This document shows, piece after piece, positions 49,774 to 61,790 of a stretch of 64,000 bases of DNA. The translations under genes were made by a program, and so were the position numbers. The stretch's first letter is position 1; each line of letters opens with the position of its first letter. The stretch is from Pristiophorus japonicus (lineage: Eukaryota), in NCBI RefSeq assembly GCF_044704955.1, contig NC_091979.1:25606001-25670000 (forward strand). Reading direction: 5' to 3'. A model generated the notes under the pieces. It searched no databases. It had not been told where the DNA came from and worked only from the letters and a program-made list of their open reading frames with translations.

Positions 49774-50583
49774 GTAAGTAATTTAATTTTCCTTTTTTTT
49801 TTAATGAATGGGATATTGTTCATAATTTCAGGGGATCAGAGCCCTCGTCTGATAACTTTGGCTACCTGCAGGGCCCCAGTGTTGAAGGAGGTTAGTGGGT
49901 GCGAGAGAGGAAATGTGGTGCGAGAGAGGAAATGTATCAGGGTAGTACTGTCCCACTGGACACAAGAACATGAGAATGAGGAGCTGGAGTAGGCCCCTCA
50001 AGCCTGCTCCGCCATTCGGGAAGACCATGGCTGACCTTCGACCTCCTGCTCCCATTTCTTATGCGTGGTTATGATCTGGAATGCACTGCCCAAAAGGGTT
50101 TTGGAGGCAGACTCGATTTCGGCTTTCAAGAGGGAGTCGGATAAGTACCAGGAAAGAAAATAATTTTTAGGGTGACGGGGAAAGGGCGGGGGAGTGGGAC
50201 TGGCTGAGGTGCTCTTTGTAGAGAGCCAGCACGGGCTTGATGGGCCGAATGGCCTTATAAGAAATAGGAGCAGGAGTAGGCCATATGGCCCCTCGAGTCT
50301 GCACCGCCATTTAATAAGATCACGGCTGATCTAAACATGGACTCAGGTTCACGTCCCTGCCCGCTCTCCATAACCCCTTATTCCCTTATCGGTTAAGAAA
50401 CTCTCTATCTCTGTCTTAAATTTATTCAATGAATCCTTCCATGCTGTAACAATTCTATGATTCTGTGTGGGTTTGTGGTTCGATCCTGGAATATCTGCTC
50501 ATTCGGGGGTGGGGAGGGGCTTTGGTATGAATTGGGCTGAGTGAAAGTAATGTTACACTTTTTACTTTTACTTACATTTTCAG

Positions 50584-50630
50584 GAAGCGATCTGCAGCTA
50601 AGTGACTCTGGAAGTGACAGTGATGACTGA
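50584..50630 (+). CDS. EAF2: EAF2 exon 6, terminal coding part
   Basis: Acceptor ttttcag; (R)SDLQLSDSGSDSDD-TGA, the conserved EAF C-terminus. The six exons sum to 801 nt in one open frame. Confidence 0.96.
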
Positions 50631-51440
50631 AGAAGGCGCCTTCATTGAGTGAACACAGAGGCAGAGCTTAACTACACCACAAACTTAATTTTTTTTTTAC
50701 AGTAACTGCAATGGCAGGCTGGAAACTGATGCCAAGTGGCAGAAAGGTTGGGAAGAAAATGGCTCTTGTGTAGCGGTGGTGTTTTTTGAATGAGCGTACG
50801 TGTGCGTGTGCGCACGTTCAGATAAATATATTTTAATAAACCTTTTTGTATCAAGGAGACACGGCTACTGCAAGAGCTTAGAAATAATTAGTACGAACCG
50901 TGGTGAGTGGGAATCTGGGACTGTTAATGCATTTAAGCTGATGTCCTGTCAAATCTGTGTCTTGTTCTTTGCCTTAATGTCTGAAGAAATACTTGATGCC
51001 TTAACTGAATCAACAGAGTGCTCTTATACCGATACTATCAAGGAAGGAATGAACTTGACATTTTTTTAAATTAAGTCTTGCTGTAATTGGGCCATGGGAT
51101 ATTAAAACTTTTTTTGTTTTGCAAATTCAAGGAAGGGAGTAATTATATGGATAATTTTTCTTCAGGCAAAGCACTTTTTTAAAAATCCAAAAATGGGAGT
51201 TTTTTTGGGCTGTTTTCACTGTGATCAGTTTATATTTGAAAAAAGTAACCATGGCAATTTGATTACCGATGCACTTTTGGTTCTCTCCTTGATCCCAATG
51301 ATGTTACCAGTAAAGTTACAAGCATTTTCTTTCTCCCCCTCTCTGCAGTGTATCTTTGCACCAGATTTGATAACATTTATATTTAAAAAAAAAATGTATT
51401 TTGTAAAATATTTAATAAAGAGAGCGGCGTTACTTTCTGT
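50631..51440 (+). other. EAF2: EAF2 3' UTR with two candidate polyadenylation signals
   Basis: Repeat-free AT-rich sequence after the stop; AATAAA at 50835-50840 and 51414-51419. Confidence 0.65.
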
Positions 51441-53084
51441 CCAATATTTCGTGCACCTGGGGCTCCGTTTCCATGCCCGTCGGAAGTGCGTTTTTGGAAA
51501 AACGGGCTCTCTCCCCGTGTAAAGCTTTTTCTGCCACTTAATCTAGGTTGGGGGGGGGGGAGGGAGAAGGAGTATGTCATGGGGGAAAAAACCGGCATTC
51601 CCAGTCCCACCAGAGGAGCTCTATCGGAAAATGACCCCCACGGGGCCCCCCCCACCCCCCCACCCCCCCCCTGACCTTTGTTGAGATGCCGAGAAGCTGC
51701 ATCTGCCTTGTTGGGTATGTGTGCCTTCTCTGCTCGAGCTGGGCAGCGATGTCCGAGGCAATCCCTACCACGCTCGTGCTCATCATCATCACAGGCGGTC
51801 CCTCGAACGAGGATGACTTGCTTCCACTTGAGTTCACAGATGTTTCGATGAAGGACCTGATGTTCCAGTCCTGAAATCCAATCAAAGGGGTGGAAGATGC
51901 CTGTGGGTGGATTTTTTTTTTTAAATGTGTGGTGACCGTTGCACACCAGCCACCACACGGGCTTGGCAGAGCTCGGCCTTTGTCCAGTGGCAAGGATTAA
52001 CCAGGACGACTGGAGACCTGCTCTGCTGCACGGACCCAGTGCGGACACATATCGCAGTGTGGGCTGGCCCGTGCTGCCCCTGGGCCCAGCGAATGAGGGT
52101 CATGTGACTGACGTGGAGTAGTGAAAATCATTCCATCCCCTTTTCCTCACCAGGACCCCTGCCACTATTGTACAACCGCCTGACTCTTAAGAGTTTCACT
52201 TGTTAACAGCACGTTATCTCAAAACATGACACGCATTCAATTACTTTGAAGTGCAATGCCTGGTTGTGTGGGGCCAAATATTGTGTCTGCTGGGATCGCT
52301 CCTGTTGCCCATTTCCTGTCACAAGCAATGGAGTTGTGCGAAAGGAACAAGGAGGGAGGAGGTGGTGGTGGTGGTTTGTTTTTGCAGCTGTTTCTAGATT
52401 ATCCCTTCGGAGCAAAGGGACTTGTTTCCTGCGATACTTGAATCTGAAAATAAAATCTCTGGAGCCTGTGCTTATGGGCTCGATGTGAGAGCCTTGTTTT
52501 TTTTGCCTCTTATTCCACTCGAGCTTTGCTTTCATGTGAAAACATTGAGTTTATCCAAGGTTCATATATGCATAACTGTCGGGACTTCTGTGGTGCAGTT
52601 AATGAATCATACATCATCATCATCATTCTAGGCAGTCCCTCGGAATTGAGGAAGACTTGCTTCCACTCTTAAGGACTCATTTTAAAGTGGCTGAACAGTC
52701 CAATATGAGAACCACAGTCCCTGTCACAGGTGGGACAGACAGTCGTTGAGGGGAAAGGGTGGGTGGGACAGGTTTGCCGCACACTCTTTCCGCTGCCTGC
52801 GCTTGATTTCTGCATGATCTTGGCGACGAGACTAGGTGCTCAGTGCCCTCTCGAATGCACTTTCTCCACTTAGGGCGGTCTTTGGCCAGGGACTCCCAGG
52901 TGTTAGTGGGGATGTTGCACTTTATCAGGGAGGCTTTAAGGGTGTCCTTGTAATGTTTCCTCTGCCCCTTTGGCTCGTTTGCCGTGAAGGAGTAGAACGC
53001 TTGCTTTGGGAGTCTCGTGTCGGGCATGCGAACAATGTGGCCTGCCCAGCGGAGCTGAACGTCATAGAACAGTACAGCACAGAA

Positions 53085-53597
53085 GGGAAGGATATACTTG
53101 CCGTTGAGGGATTGCAACAAAGGTTCACTAGACTGATTCGTGGGATGGGGATTATCCTATGAGGAGAGATTGAGTAGGCTAGGCCTATCTTCTCTAGAGT
53201 TTAGAAGAATGAGAGATGATCTCATGAAAACATACAAAATTCTTCCAGGGCTTGATGGGGTAGATGTAGGGAGGATGTTTCCTCTGGATGGGGAATCTAG
53301 AACCAGGGGTCACAGCCTCAGAATAAGGGGTCGGCCATTTAGGACTGAGATGAGGAGAAATTTCTTCACTCAGAGGGTGGTGATTTTTGGAATTCTCTAC
53401 CCCAGAGAACTGTGGAGGCTCAGGAGTATATTCAAGACAGAAATCAATAGATTTTTGTATAATAAGGGAATCAAGGGATATGAGGATAGTGCAGGAAAGT
53501 GGAGTTGAGGTAGAAGATCAGCCATGATTTACTGAATGGCGGAGCAGGGTCGAGAGGCTAAATGGCCTACTCCTGCACCTATTTTTTATGTTCTTAG
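53085..53597 (+). mobile_element. CR1 3' fragment
   Basis: LSYEERLSRLGL...FFTQRVV and tail. Confidence 0.85.
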
Positions 53598-56117
53598 AAG
53601 GTGGCCATTCAGACCTCTGCTGGCTTGTTCCATAGAATATACAGCACAGGAACAGTTCATTCACCCCAACTAGTCTGTGCTGGTGCTTATGGCTCATTGG
53701 AGTATCCTCCTATTCCATGTGCCTCATCCCAACCTATCTGCTTCCTTTTCTCTCGTGTGTTCGTCCAGTTTCTTCCTGAAAGTATCCAAGCTATTTGCCT
53801 CAATCACTTCCCATGGCAGTGAGATCCACACTCCAACCACTCTCTCGGCCAAGAAATCTGACCCTCTCTCCCACACTGGATTCACTAGCAACCATCCTGA
53901 TCTATCTGAAAGAACTTAATCCAATTAGTCTCACTGCTCTGTAGCCCGGCAAATTTTTCCCTTTTGGAATCCCAACTCGTTGCATAAGGGACACTTTTTT
54001 AGTTTCGAATATTCATTGTGAGCGTCTGAACAAAATGCAAATGTTGAAGTGGCTGGAAGAGGACAAGGCCTAGGAACCAGATGATCTGCACACACATACA
54101 TTTTATTTAAAATGGTCACATTCTGTGGCAGGTATCATTTAGGCGTGGCTCAGTGGGTAGCACTCTCGCCTCCGAGTCAGAAGGTTGTGGGTTCAAGTCC
54201 CACAACAGAGACCTAAGCACACAAATCAAGGCTGACACTCCAGTGCAGTGCTGCAGGTTTAGTTTAGGTTTAGTGCAAGATGGCCCCCCGGGGTGGCAGC
54301 TCCCTAGGGAGCTCTGCTGAACAACTTTATCCCTGGCCATCTGTTGCAATCTTACACCCTATCCCAATGGCTGCTGGCTGCCGCTCCTCTGGTGGAGTAC
54401 CTCTGCAAGGTACAGCGCGAGCTGGTGCAGGAGGGTGACGGCAGCGAAGAGCGACGTCATCAAGGTCCAGGTGGGTGATTGGAGCGTGGGCAGGTACAGC
54501 AGGAGCGGCGAGGTCGGGGCGAAGGACTGGCAAGAGATTGTAGAGGGATGTGATCGGGGCCCAGGAGAGACGAGGGCCCAGGGCCAGCCCACCCTGCAAT
54601 ATGTGTGCGCACTAGCTCCGTGGTCGCCAGTCGCCTTGGTTAACCCTTGCCACTGGACCAAGACCTAGCTCTGTCAAGCCCGTGTGGTGGCTGGTGTGCA
54701 ACGGCCACCACATGTTAAAAAAAAATCCATGCACAGACATCTTCAGGATGTAGTTCAGGACCTGGAATATTTGGTCCATCATTGAAACACCTGTGAACTC
54801 ATCCTTTTTTGGCGAGGAAGCAAGTCATCCTCGTTTCCTCGACTCCATCCCACAGCATGCTACCCGCCACCACCTCAGCAAAATCACAGCCCTGCACGAG
54901 GTAGAAAAGGCCATCCGTCAGCTGAAGAACAAGACATCAGGAGCAGATGAAAATCCCGCCGAGGCACTAAACTATGGCGGTGAAGCACTACTGGCTCGAA
55001 TGCATGAACTCATCTCTCTCCTCTGGAAGGAGAGCATGCCAGGAGATCTCAGAGACGCTGTAATCATGATGCTTTTCAAGAAAGGGGACAAGTCCAACTG
55101 CGGTAGAGGAATTTCCCTGGTGTCAGCCACAGGGAAAGTCATCGCAGGAATCCTCCTCAGTCATCTTCTCCCTGTGGCTGAAGAGCTCCTCCCAGAGTCG
55201 CAACACAGATTCTGTCCACTAAGGGGTAAAACGGACATGGTCTTCACTCCACGGCAACTACAAGAGACATTCATTCATTCATATATAGGCAGTCACTCAA
55301 AATCGAGGAAGACTTGTTTCCACTCTAAACGTGAGTTCTCAGGTGACTGTACAGTCCAATACGGGAATTACAGTCCCTGTCACAGGTGGGACAGACAGTG
55401 GTTGAAGGAAAGGGTGGGTGGGGAGTCTGGTTTGCCACACGCTCCCTCCGCTGCCTGCACTTGTTTTCTGCATGCTCTCGGCGATAAGACTCGAGGTGCT
55501 CGAGGTTACACAGCCAGATAGGGGATGTGTGACCAACAGGAAGAGCAGTGGAAGGAAGGTAGTGCAGGGGTCCCCTGTGGTCATCCCCCTGCAAAACAGA
55601 TACATCGCTTTGGGTACTGTTGACTCTTCAGGGGAGGGCAGCAGCAGCCAAGTCCATGGCACCTTGGGTGGCTCTGCTGCACAGGAGAGCCGGAAAAAGA
55701 GTGGGAGAGCGATGGTGATGGGGAATTTTATTGTAAGGGAAATAGGCAGACGTTTCTGCGACCGCAACCGAGACTCCAGGATGGTATGTTGCCTCCCTGA
55801 TGCAAGGGCCAAGCATGTCTCGGAGCGGGTGCAGGACATTCTGAAAAGGGAGGTTGAACAGCCAGTTGTCGTGGTGCATATAGGTACCAATGATATAGGT
55901 AAAAAAATGGGATGAGATTCTACAAGACGAATTTGGGGAGCTAGGAGCTAAATTTAAAAAGTAGGATCTCAAAAGTAATAATTTCAGGATTGCTACCAGT
56001 GCCACGTGTTAATCAGAGTAGGAATCGCAGGATAGCTTGGATAAATACGTGGCTTGAGGAGTGGTGCAGAAGGGAGGGATTCAAATTCCTGGGACATTGA
56101 AACCGGTTTTATGGGAG

Positions 56118-57240
56118 GTGGGGGCGGGGAGGGAGGGAGAGAGAGAGAAGTGGGGGGCGTGGGGAGAGAGAGAAGCGGGGGGGGGCAGCGGGGCGGGGAC
56201 GGAGAGAAGCGGTGGTGGCAGGGGGGCAGGGAGAGAGAGAAGTGGAGGGGTGGTGAGGGAGAGAAGTGGGGGGGGCGGCGGGGCGGGGAGAGAGAGAAAT
56301 GGGGGGTCGAGGAGGGAGAGAGAGAAACGGGGAGGGAGAGAGAAGCAGGGTGGAGGGGAGAGAGAGAGAAACGGGTGAGCGGGGAGGGAGAGAGAGAGAG
56401 AGAGAGAGCGAAGCGGGGGAGGGGGGGAGAGCGAGCTTGTGGGGGGAGGGGGGGAGAGAGCGAGCGAGCTTAGGGGGGAAGAGAGAACGAGCTTGGGGAG
56501 GTGGGGGAGAGAGAGTGAGTTTGGGGGGGGGAGAGAGTGAGAGCTGGAGGGAGGGGAGAGAGAGAGCTTGGGGGGGAGAGTGAGCGAGAGCATGGGGGGG
56601 AGGGGAGAGAGAGAGAGCTTGGGGGGGAGGAGAAAGAGAGCTTGGGGGGGGGGGAGAAAGAGAGCTTGGGGGGGGAGAGAGAGAGAGAGAGAACTTGGGG
56701 GTGGGGGGTGGAAGAGCGAGAGAGAGCTTGGGGGGGGGGAAGAGAGAGAGAGAGCTTGGGGGGGGGGGAAGAGAGAGAGAGAGAGCTTGGGGGAGAGAGA
56801 AAGAGAGAGCTGGGGGTGAGAGAGAGAGCTTGGGGGGGAGAGAGAGAGAGCTGGGGGGGGAGAGAGAGAGAGAGACCTTGGGGGGGAGGGGAGAGAGCTT
56901 GGGGGGGCGGGGGGCGGGGGGCAGAGAGAGAGAGCTTGGGGGGGAGGGGAGAGAGCTTAGGGGGACGGGGGGGAGGTGAGAGAGCTTGGGGGGCGGGGGG
57001 AGAGAGAGCTTGGGGGTGGGGGGAGAGAGAGAGAGAGCTTGGGGGGAGAGAGAGAGAGAGAGCTTTGGGGGGTGGGGTGAGAGAGCTTTGGGGGGTGGGG
57101 AGAGAGAGAGAGAGCTTGGGGGGAGAGCGAGAGAGCTTTGCGGGGTGGGGAGAGAGAGAGAGAGCTTTGGCGGGGGGGGGGGGGGGGTGAGGGGAGAGAG
57201 CTTGGGGAGCCGGGGGGGGGGGGTGGGTAAACTGGGGTAA
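56118..57240 (+). repeat. Polypurine G/GA-rich minisatellite, longer paralog of 35205-35930
   Basis: Many (GA)nGCTTGn units. Confidence 0.9.
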
Positions 57241-57849
57241 GGGATGGCTTTGGGAGGGATGGCCTTCCTCTCGAGGGGCCAAATGGCCTACAGTTGCTCC
57301 TACTTCTTACATGATCAGGTTACTTCGTAGACATTTATCAGGTCGGAGGCATCGGCCCGCAATTTCTGGGCCAACGGGTTTGTATCCAGCAACAGCAGAC
57401 AAAGTGCTCTGTGACTGATTGGTGGGTTCGGATGAAAGGTCGTGGACTAGAAACGTTAACTCTGTGTTTCCCTCTCCAGTGCTGCAGAGTGCTATTTGTC
57501 ATTCAAGCTCACACACGCACACACACACTTCTATCTTGTGTGTTCAATACTGAACAGGGGCCAGTGGATTTAGGAGACTGGGTGAATCTATATGATAATG
57601 AATCGAGTTACATGTCACATCAGTGTTGAAAGCACTCCTGGGTCATGTCACAAAAAAAAACCCAGCAATGCCATAAAACAAAAGTTGTTGCAATGGGTTC
57701 CTTCCTTGCTGGAGTTTGTTGACCAGGAAGTTTGCAAAGTACTGGCTCGATTCCAGCGTTGTTTTTTTTTAAGCCAGTTGGGTATGCGGGTATGCAGACA
57801 TGCCACGGCTGCCAGAGCCTTCAGTAGGTTGACAGTGTGAAGAACTGCG

Positions 57850-58095
57850 ATGTCCCTCTCGCTGCACTTCTCCTCCGCTGGGAACCGGCTTCTGCCCGCA
57901 ATCCGTGCCCTCGCCCCGTTGGCGCGGCGCAAGTCGAGCGCAAGACCGGCGGCGGCGGCGGCGGATCTCGATAGCCGGACCCAGCGGCCGACCGGAGACT
58001 TGAAAAGCATCGGTGACCTGCCCGGCCAAGGTCTGATCGCTGGCATCTACTGGCTCTTCCTGAAGGGTTACCATGAAAAGACCCACGAACTTCAG
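57850..58095 (+). CDS. CYP27A1: Mitochondrial cytochrome P450, CYP27A-type (sterol 27-hydroxylase-like), exon 1
   Basis: Arg/Ser/Ala-rich presequence MSLSLHFSSAGNRLLPAIRALAPLARRKSS, then LKSIGDLPGQGLIAGIYWLFLKGYHEKTHELQ|GTAAAA. This matches human CYP27A1 RSLEEIP...FQLFVQGYALQLHQLQ with the same phase-0 exon end. Later exons are not in the window. Confidence 0.8.
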
Positions 58096-59759
58096 GTAAA
58101 AAAAAACCCCAAACTATTAACCTCAACTAATCAGGCGCGGAAAGTTGAATTTTTCCTGCTGTTTTTTTGCTCGATGCAAAACTCCTATTGCACTTTCATC
58201 TCCTGCACTTTGCCCATGGCAAGAAAGACTTACATTTATATAGCGCCTTTCACGACACCCAGGACGTTTTTGGAGTATAGACTGTTGAAACGTGGGAAAC
58301 GCAGCAGCCAATTTGCATACATCAAGCAGCAATGTGATAATGACCAGATAATCTGTTTTTGCTATGTTGATTGAGGGATAAATATTGGCCCCAGGACACC
58401 GGGGATAACTCCTCTGCTCTTCTTCGTAATACTGCCACGGGATCTTTTACGTCCACCTGCGAGAGCAGACGGGGCCTTGGTTTAACGTCGCATCCGAAAG
58501 ACAGCACCTCTGACAGTGCAGCACTCCCTCAGCACGGCACTGGGAGTATCAGCTTGGATTTTTAAATGCTCAAGTCCTTGGACATAAGAACATAAGAAAT
58601 AGGAGCAGGAGTAGGCCATCTGGCTCCTCAAGTCTGCTCCGCCATTCAATAAGATCATGGCTGATCTGATCATGGACTCAGCTCCACTTCCCCGCCCGCT
58701 CCCCATAACCCTTTACTCCCTTATCGCTCAAAAATCTATGTATCTCCGCCTTAAATATATTCAATGACCCAGCCTCCACAGCTCACTGGGGCAGAGAATT
58801 CCATAGATTTACAACCCTCAGAGAAGAAATTTCTTGTCATCACAGTTTTAAATGGGCGTCCCCTTATTCTGAGACTATGTCTCCCAGTTTTAGTTTCCTC
58901 TGTGAGTGGAAATATCCTCTCTGCATCCACCTTGTGGCGGAGACTGTGGTTCTCGTATGGGGCTGGCCAGTCGCCTAGGAACTCATTTTGAGAGCGGAAG
59001 CAAGACTTCCTCGATTCCGAGGGACTGCCTATGACGACGATGATGATGATGTTGGGAAAATGCTATAAAAATTACCTTGAATGTTGCATCAAAATAGATG
59101 TTCAGCAGTTAGGCAGAATTGTGAGAAACCGAAAGAGCTGTTGTTAATTAAAACCATGACAGATTGGGCCCAAGTTTCGGGTGGAATTGCTCCTAGTTTT
59201 TTGGAGCAACTAGTTTAGTTTGGAGTATGTTAGAAATTGCAATTCTCGGATATTAGTTTGCTCCAGTTCTAGTGAGTTAGTTTAGGTTGGCTTTAGGTAA
59301 GGTACTTTTTTTTCAAAAGGGGGTGTGTCCAACCACTCAAGTTTTGCAAGTTTTGGCAGTGAAAACTTACTACAAACTAACTTAGAATAGAGTAAGTGTC
59401 CACTTTTGTAAGTTCTGAAAAACCTTACCTAGAGTTAAGTTTAGTGCAGGCACAGCCAGAGAAGGTGGATGGGAAGCATTAAACACAAAGGACACATCAA
59501 CATCACAACAGCGGGGGGTAAGGGAAGTTAGAGGATTTTCCATAAACACCTTCACAACAACATTAAAGAAGCAAAGTACATTTAAAGCACCAAGCACTAA
59601 ACAAAGCAGTACATTTAAAGCACTAAGCACTAAACGAAGCACAAAAAGTAATAAGCAATTAATTAATACAAAATAGAAGTCCTACCTTTATGTGAAGGGA
59701 AGGTGTCTCTCACTGTAGTGTCTCTCTCTCTCTGTATCTGACAGTGAGGAGTGCGCGGG

Positions 59760-60240
59760 GGTGGGGTGTGTGTGTGGTGTGTGTCTGTATATGTGTGGGA
59801 GTGGGGGGGGTGGGGGGTGTGTGTATGTGTGGGAGTGGGGGGGGTGTGTGTGTATGTGTGGGAGTGGGGGGGGGGGTGTGGGAGGGGGTGTGTGTATGTG
59901 TGGGAGTGGGGGGGGGGGTGTATGTGTGGGAGTGGGGGGGGGGTGTATGTGTGGGAGTGCGGGGGGGTGTGTATGTGTGGGAGTGGGGGGGGGGTGTGTG
60001 TATGTGTGGGAGTGGGGGGGAGTGTGTATGTGTGGGAGTAGGGGGGGGTGTATGTATGTGTGGGAGTGGGGGGGAGTGTGTATGTGTGGGAGTAGGGGGG
60101 GGGTGTGTGTATGTGTGGGAGTGGAGGGTGGTGTGGGAGGGGGTGTGTGTGTGTGTGTGTGTGTGGGAGTGGGGAGGGTGGGATAGGGGGTGTGTGGGGG
60201 GGGTTGGATGTGGGGGGGGTGGGTGTGTGTGGGGTGGGGG
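59760..60240 (+). repeat. G-rich minisatellite, about 24-bp unit TGTATGTGTGGGAGTGn
   Basis: Direct tandem units. Confidence 0.9.
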
Positions 60241-60371
60241 AGAGGCTGGAAGGAGGCAACCCTGCTCTCTCCTCCGGCCCTTCGATCATTGAATGCCCCC
60301 CAACCCACGCTCTTCCATCCATGTTGCCACGCTACCCCCCTCCGCCCCCCCCAGTTGCCACGCTCCCCCCC

Positions 60372-60605
60372 CCCCCCCGGTACCCACGCCCCCCCCGGTA
60401 CCCATGCCCCCCCCTGGTACCCATGCCCCCCCGGTACCCACGCCCACCCCGGTACCCATGCCCCCCGGTACCCACGCCCCCCCCGGTACCCATGCCCCCC
60501 CGGTACCCATGCCACCCCCGGTACCCAGCCCCCCCCCTTGGTACCCATGCCCCCCCGGTACCCACGCCCCCCGGTACTCATGCCCCCCGGTACCCACGCA
60601 CCCCC
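60372..60605 (+). repeat. C-rich minisatellite, about 18-19-bp unit CnGGTACCCAYG
   Basis: About 12 tandem units, each with the GGTACC palindrome or a variant. Confidence 0.9.
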
Positions 60606-61080
60606 GAGCCATTGCGCAGGCGCACATGCTCCAACGCACCTGCGCAACGCTGCCAGCACTGAGAAGAAGGCATGATCCCTAGCCCCGCCACCCTGCAGGC
60701 AGGCCCCTCCCCAGGGAGACTACGCCACGCCACGGCCCAGGAGGACCGGAGAATTGCTGTAGAATATTCCGGCGCACCTTCGAGCCCAGGCAGGTCACAT
60801 AAGTCTCAGAGATGCGCCGTTTTCACCAGATGCCGAAACTTGGGCCCATTACGTGGTGGTGGGTGGGGAGGGGTTTCATACTCAGCTGTATATACCAAAG
60901 ATCTTCTGCATTCAGTTCCTTTCCTGTTAAGTAAATGACAAAAATTAGCAATCTTCAGCATAGTTTTGTGCAGAAATCAAAGACAAATTTTCAGCATAAA
61001 CGATCAGTTTGGAGCTTATGAGATTCTTGTATGGAGGGGATTCAACTCAAATCAATTAACGTTCATCGTGGATAGGCAGC

Positions 61081-61615
61081 ACATGGGAACATGGGGTGTG
61101 CGGGCAGGGGTGGGCCGTCCGCCCCCTCGAGCCTGCTCCGCCATTTAGTGCGGTCGTGGCTGGTCCGGTCGTGGACTCGGGTCCGCTTTCCTGCCCGTTC
61201 CCCATGGCCTCTTGGTCCCTTGTCGGTCGGGAGGCTGTCTAGCTCCGTCATAGGTTTGGTCGGTGTCCTGGCTTCCACGGCTCTCTGGGGCGGCGAGTTC
61301 CGCGGATTTGCGCCCCTCTGGGGCGGGGTGGGGAGTTTCCTCCTCGTCTCAGTTTTGGATGGGCGGTCACTTGTTCTGGAATTGTGCCCCCTGATTCTGG
61401 TCGCCCCTATCAGTGGGGGCGTCCTTTCTGCGTCCGCCTTGTCTGGCCCCCTCGTGATCTTGTGCGTTTCGGTGGGATCGCCTCTCATTCTTCTGTGTTC
61501 CGGTGGGTGGAGGCCCGGCCTCCTCAACCTTTCCTCATGGGTCGGCCCACTCATCTCTGGGGTCGATCTGGTGAGCCTCCCCTGGGCTGCCTCCGGGGTG
61601 GGTATATGCTTTCGT
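61081..61615 (-). mobile_element. CR1 3' fragment with A-to-G hypermutation on the + strand
   Basis: Colinear with 13422-13940 and 58582-58935, but most + strand A residues are G. Confidence 0.9.
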
Positions 61616-61619
61616 ATAT

Positions 61620-61790
61620 CCAACGTGGACCATTTCCCATACCTCGGGAGCCTCTCATCAACAAGAACAGAAATTGAGATTCAACACCGCCTCCAGTGCG
61701 CCAGCGCAGCCTTCGGCCACCTGAGGAAAAGAGTGTTTGAAGACCAGGCCCTCAAATCCACCACCAAGCTCATGGTCTACAGGGCTATAG
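61620..61790 (+). mobile_element. RTE-clade LINE internal fragment cut by the downstream CR1
   Basis: NVDHFPYLGSL...EIQHRLQCASAAFGHLRKRVF...KLMVYRA. Confidence 0.85.

Larger units (their letters stand above)
54694..58580 (+). repeat. Local segmental duplication, copy 2 (contains the empty LTR site)
   Basis: Colinear with copy 1; reads actattAACCTcaactaatc at about 58113-58131 with no insertion. Confidence 0.9.
59166..60847. mobile_element. Non-autonomous PIF/Harbinger-like DNA transposon (MITE)
   Basis: Perfect 15-bp TIR GGGCCCAAGTTTCGG (59166-59180) / CCGAAACTTGGGCCC (60833-60847); 3-bp TSD ATT; no transposase. Confidence 0.85.

Noticed and set aside
4331-50630. Assignment as EAF1
   Set aside because: Diagnostic residues ([33 protein letters not shown]) match EAF2.
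60966-61080. Possible CYP27A exon 2 (DQFGAYEI)
   Set aside because: No YGP.W or RQEG.YP motif and no fitting phase-0 acceptor.
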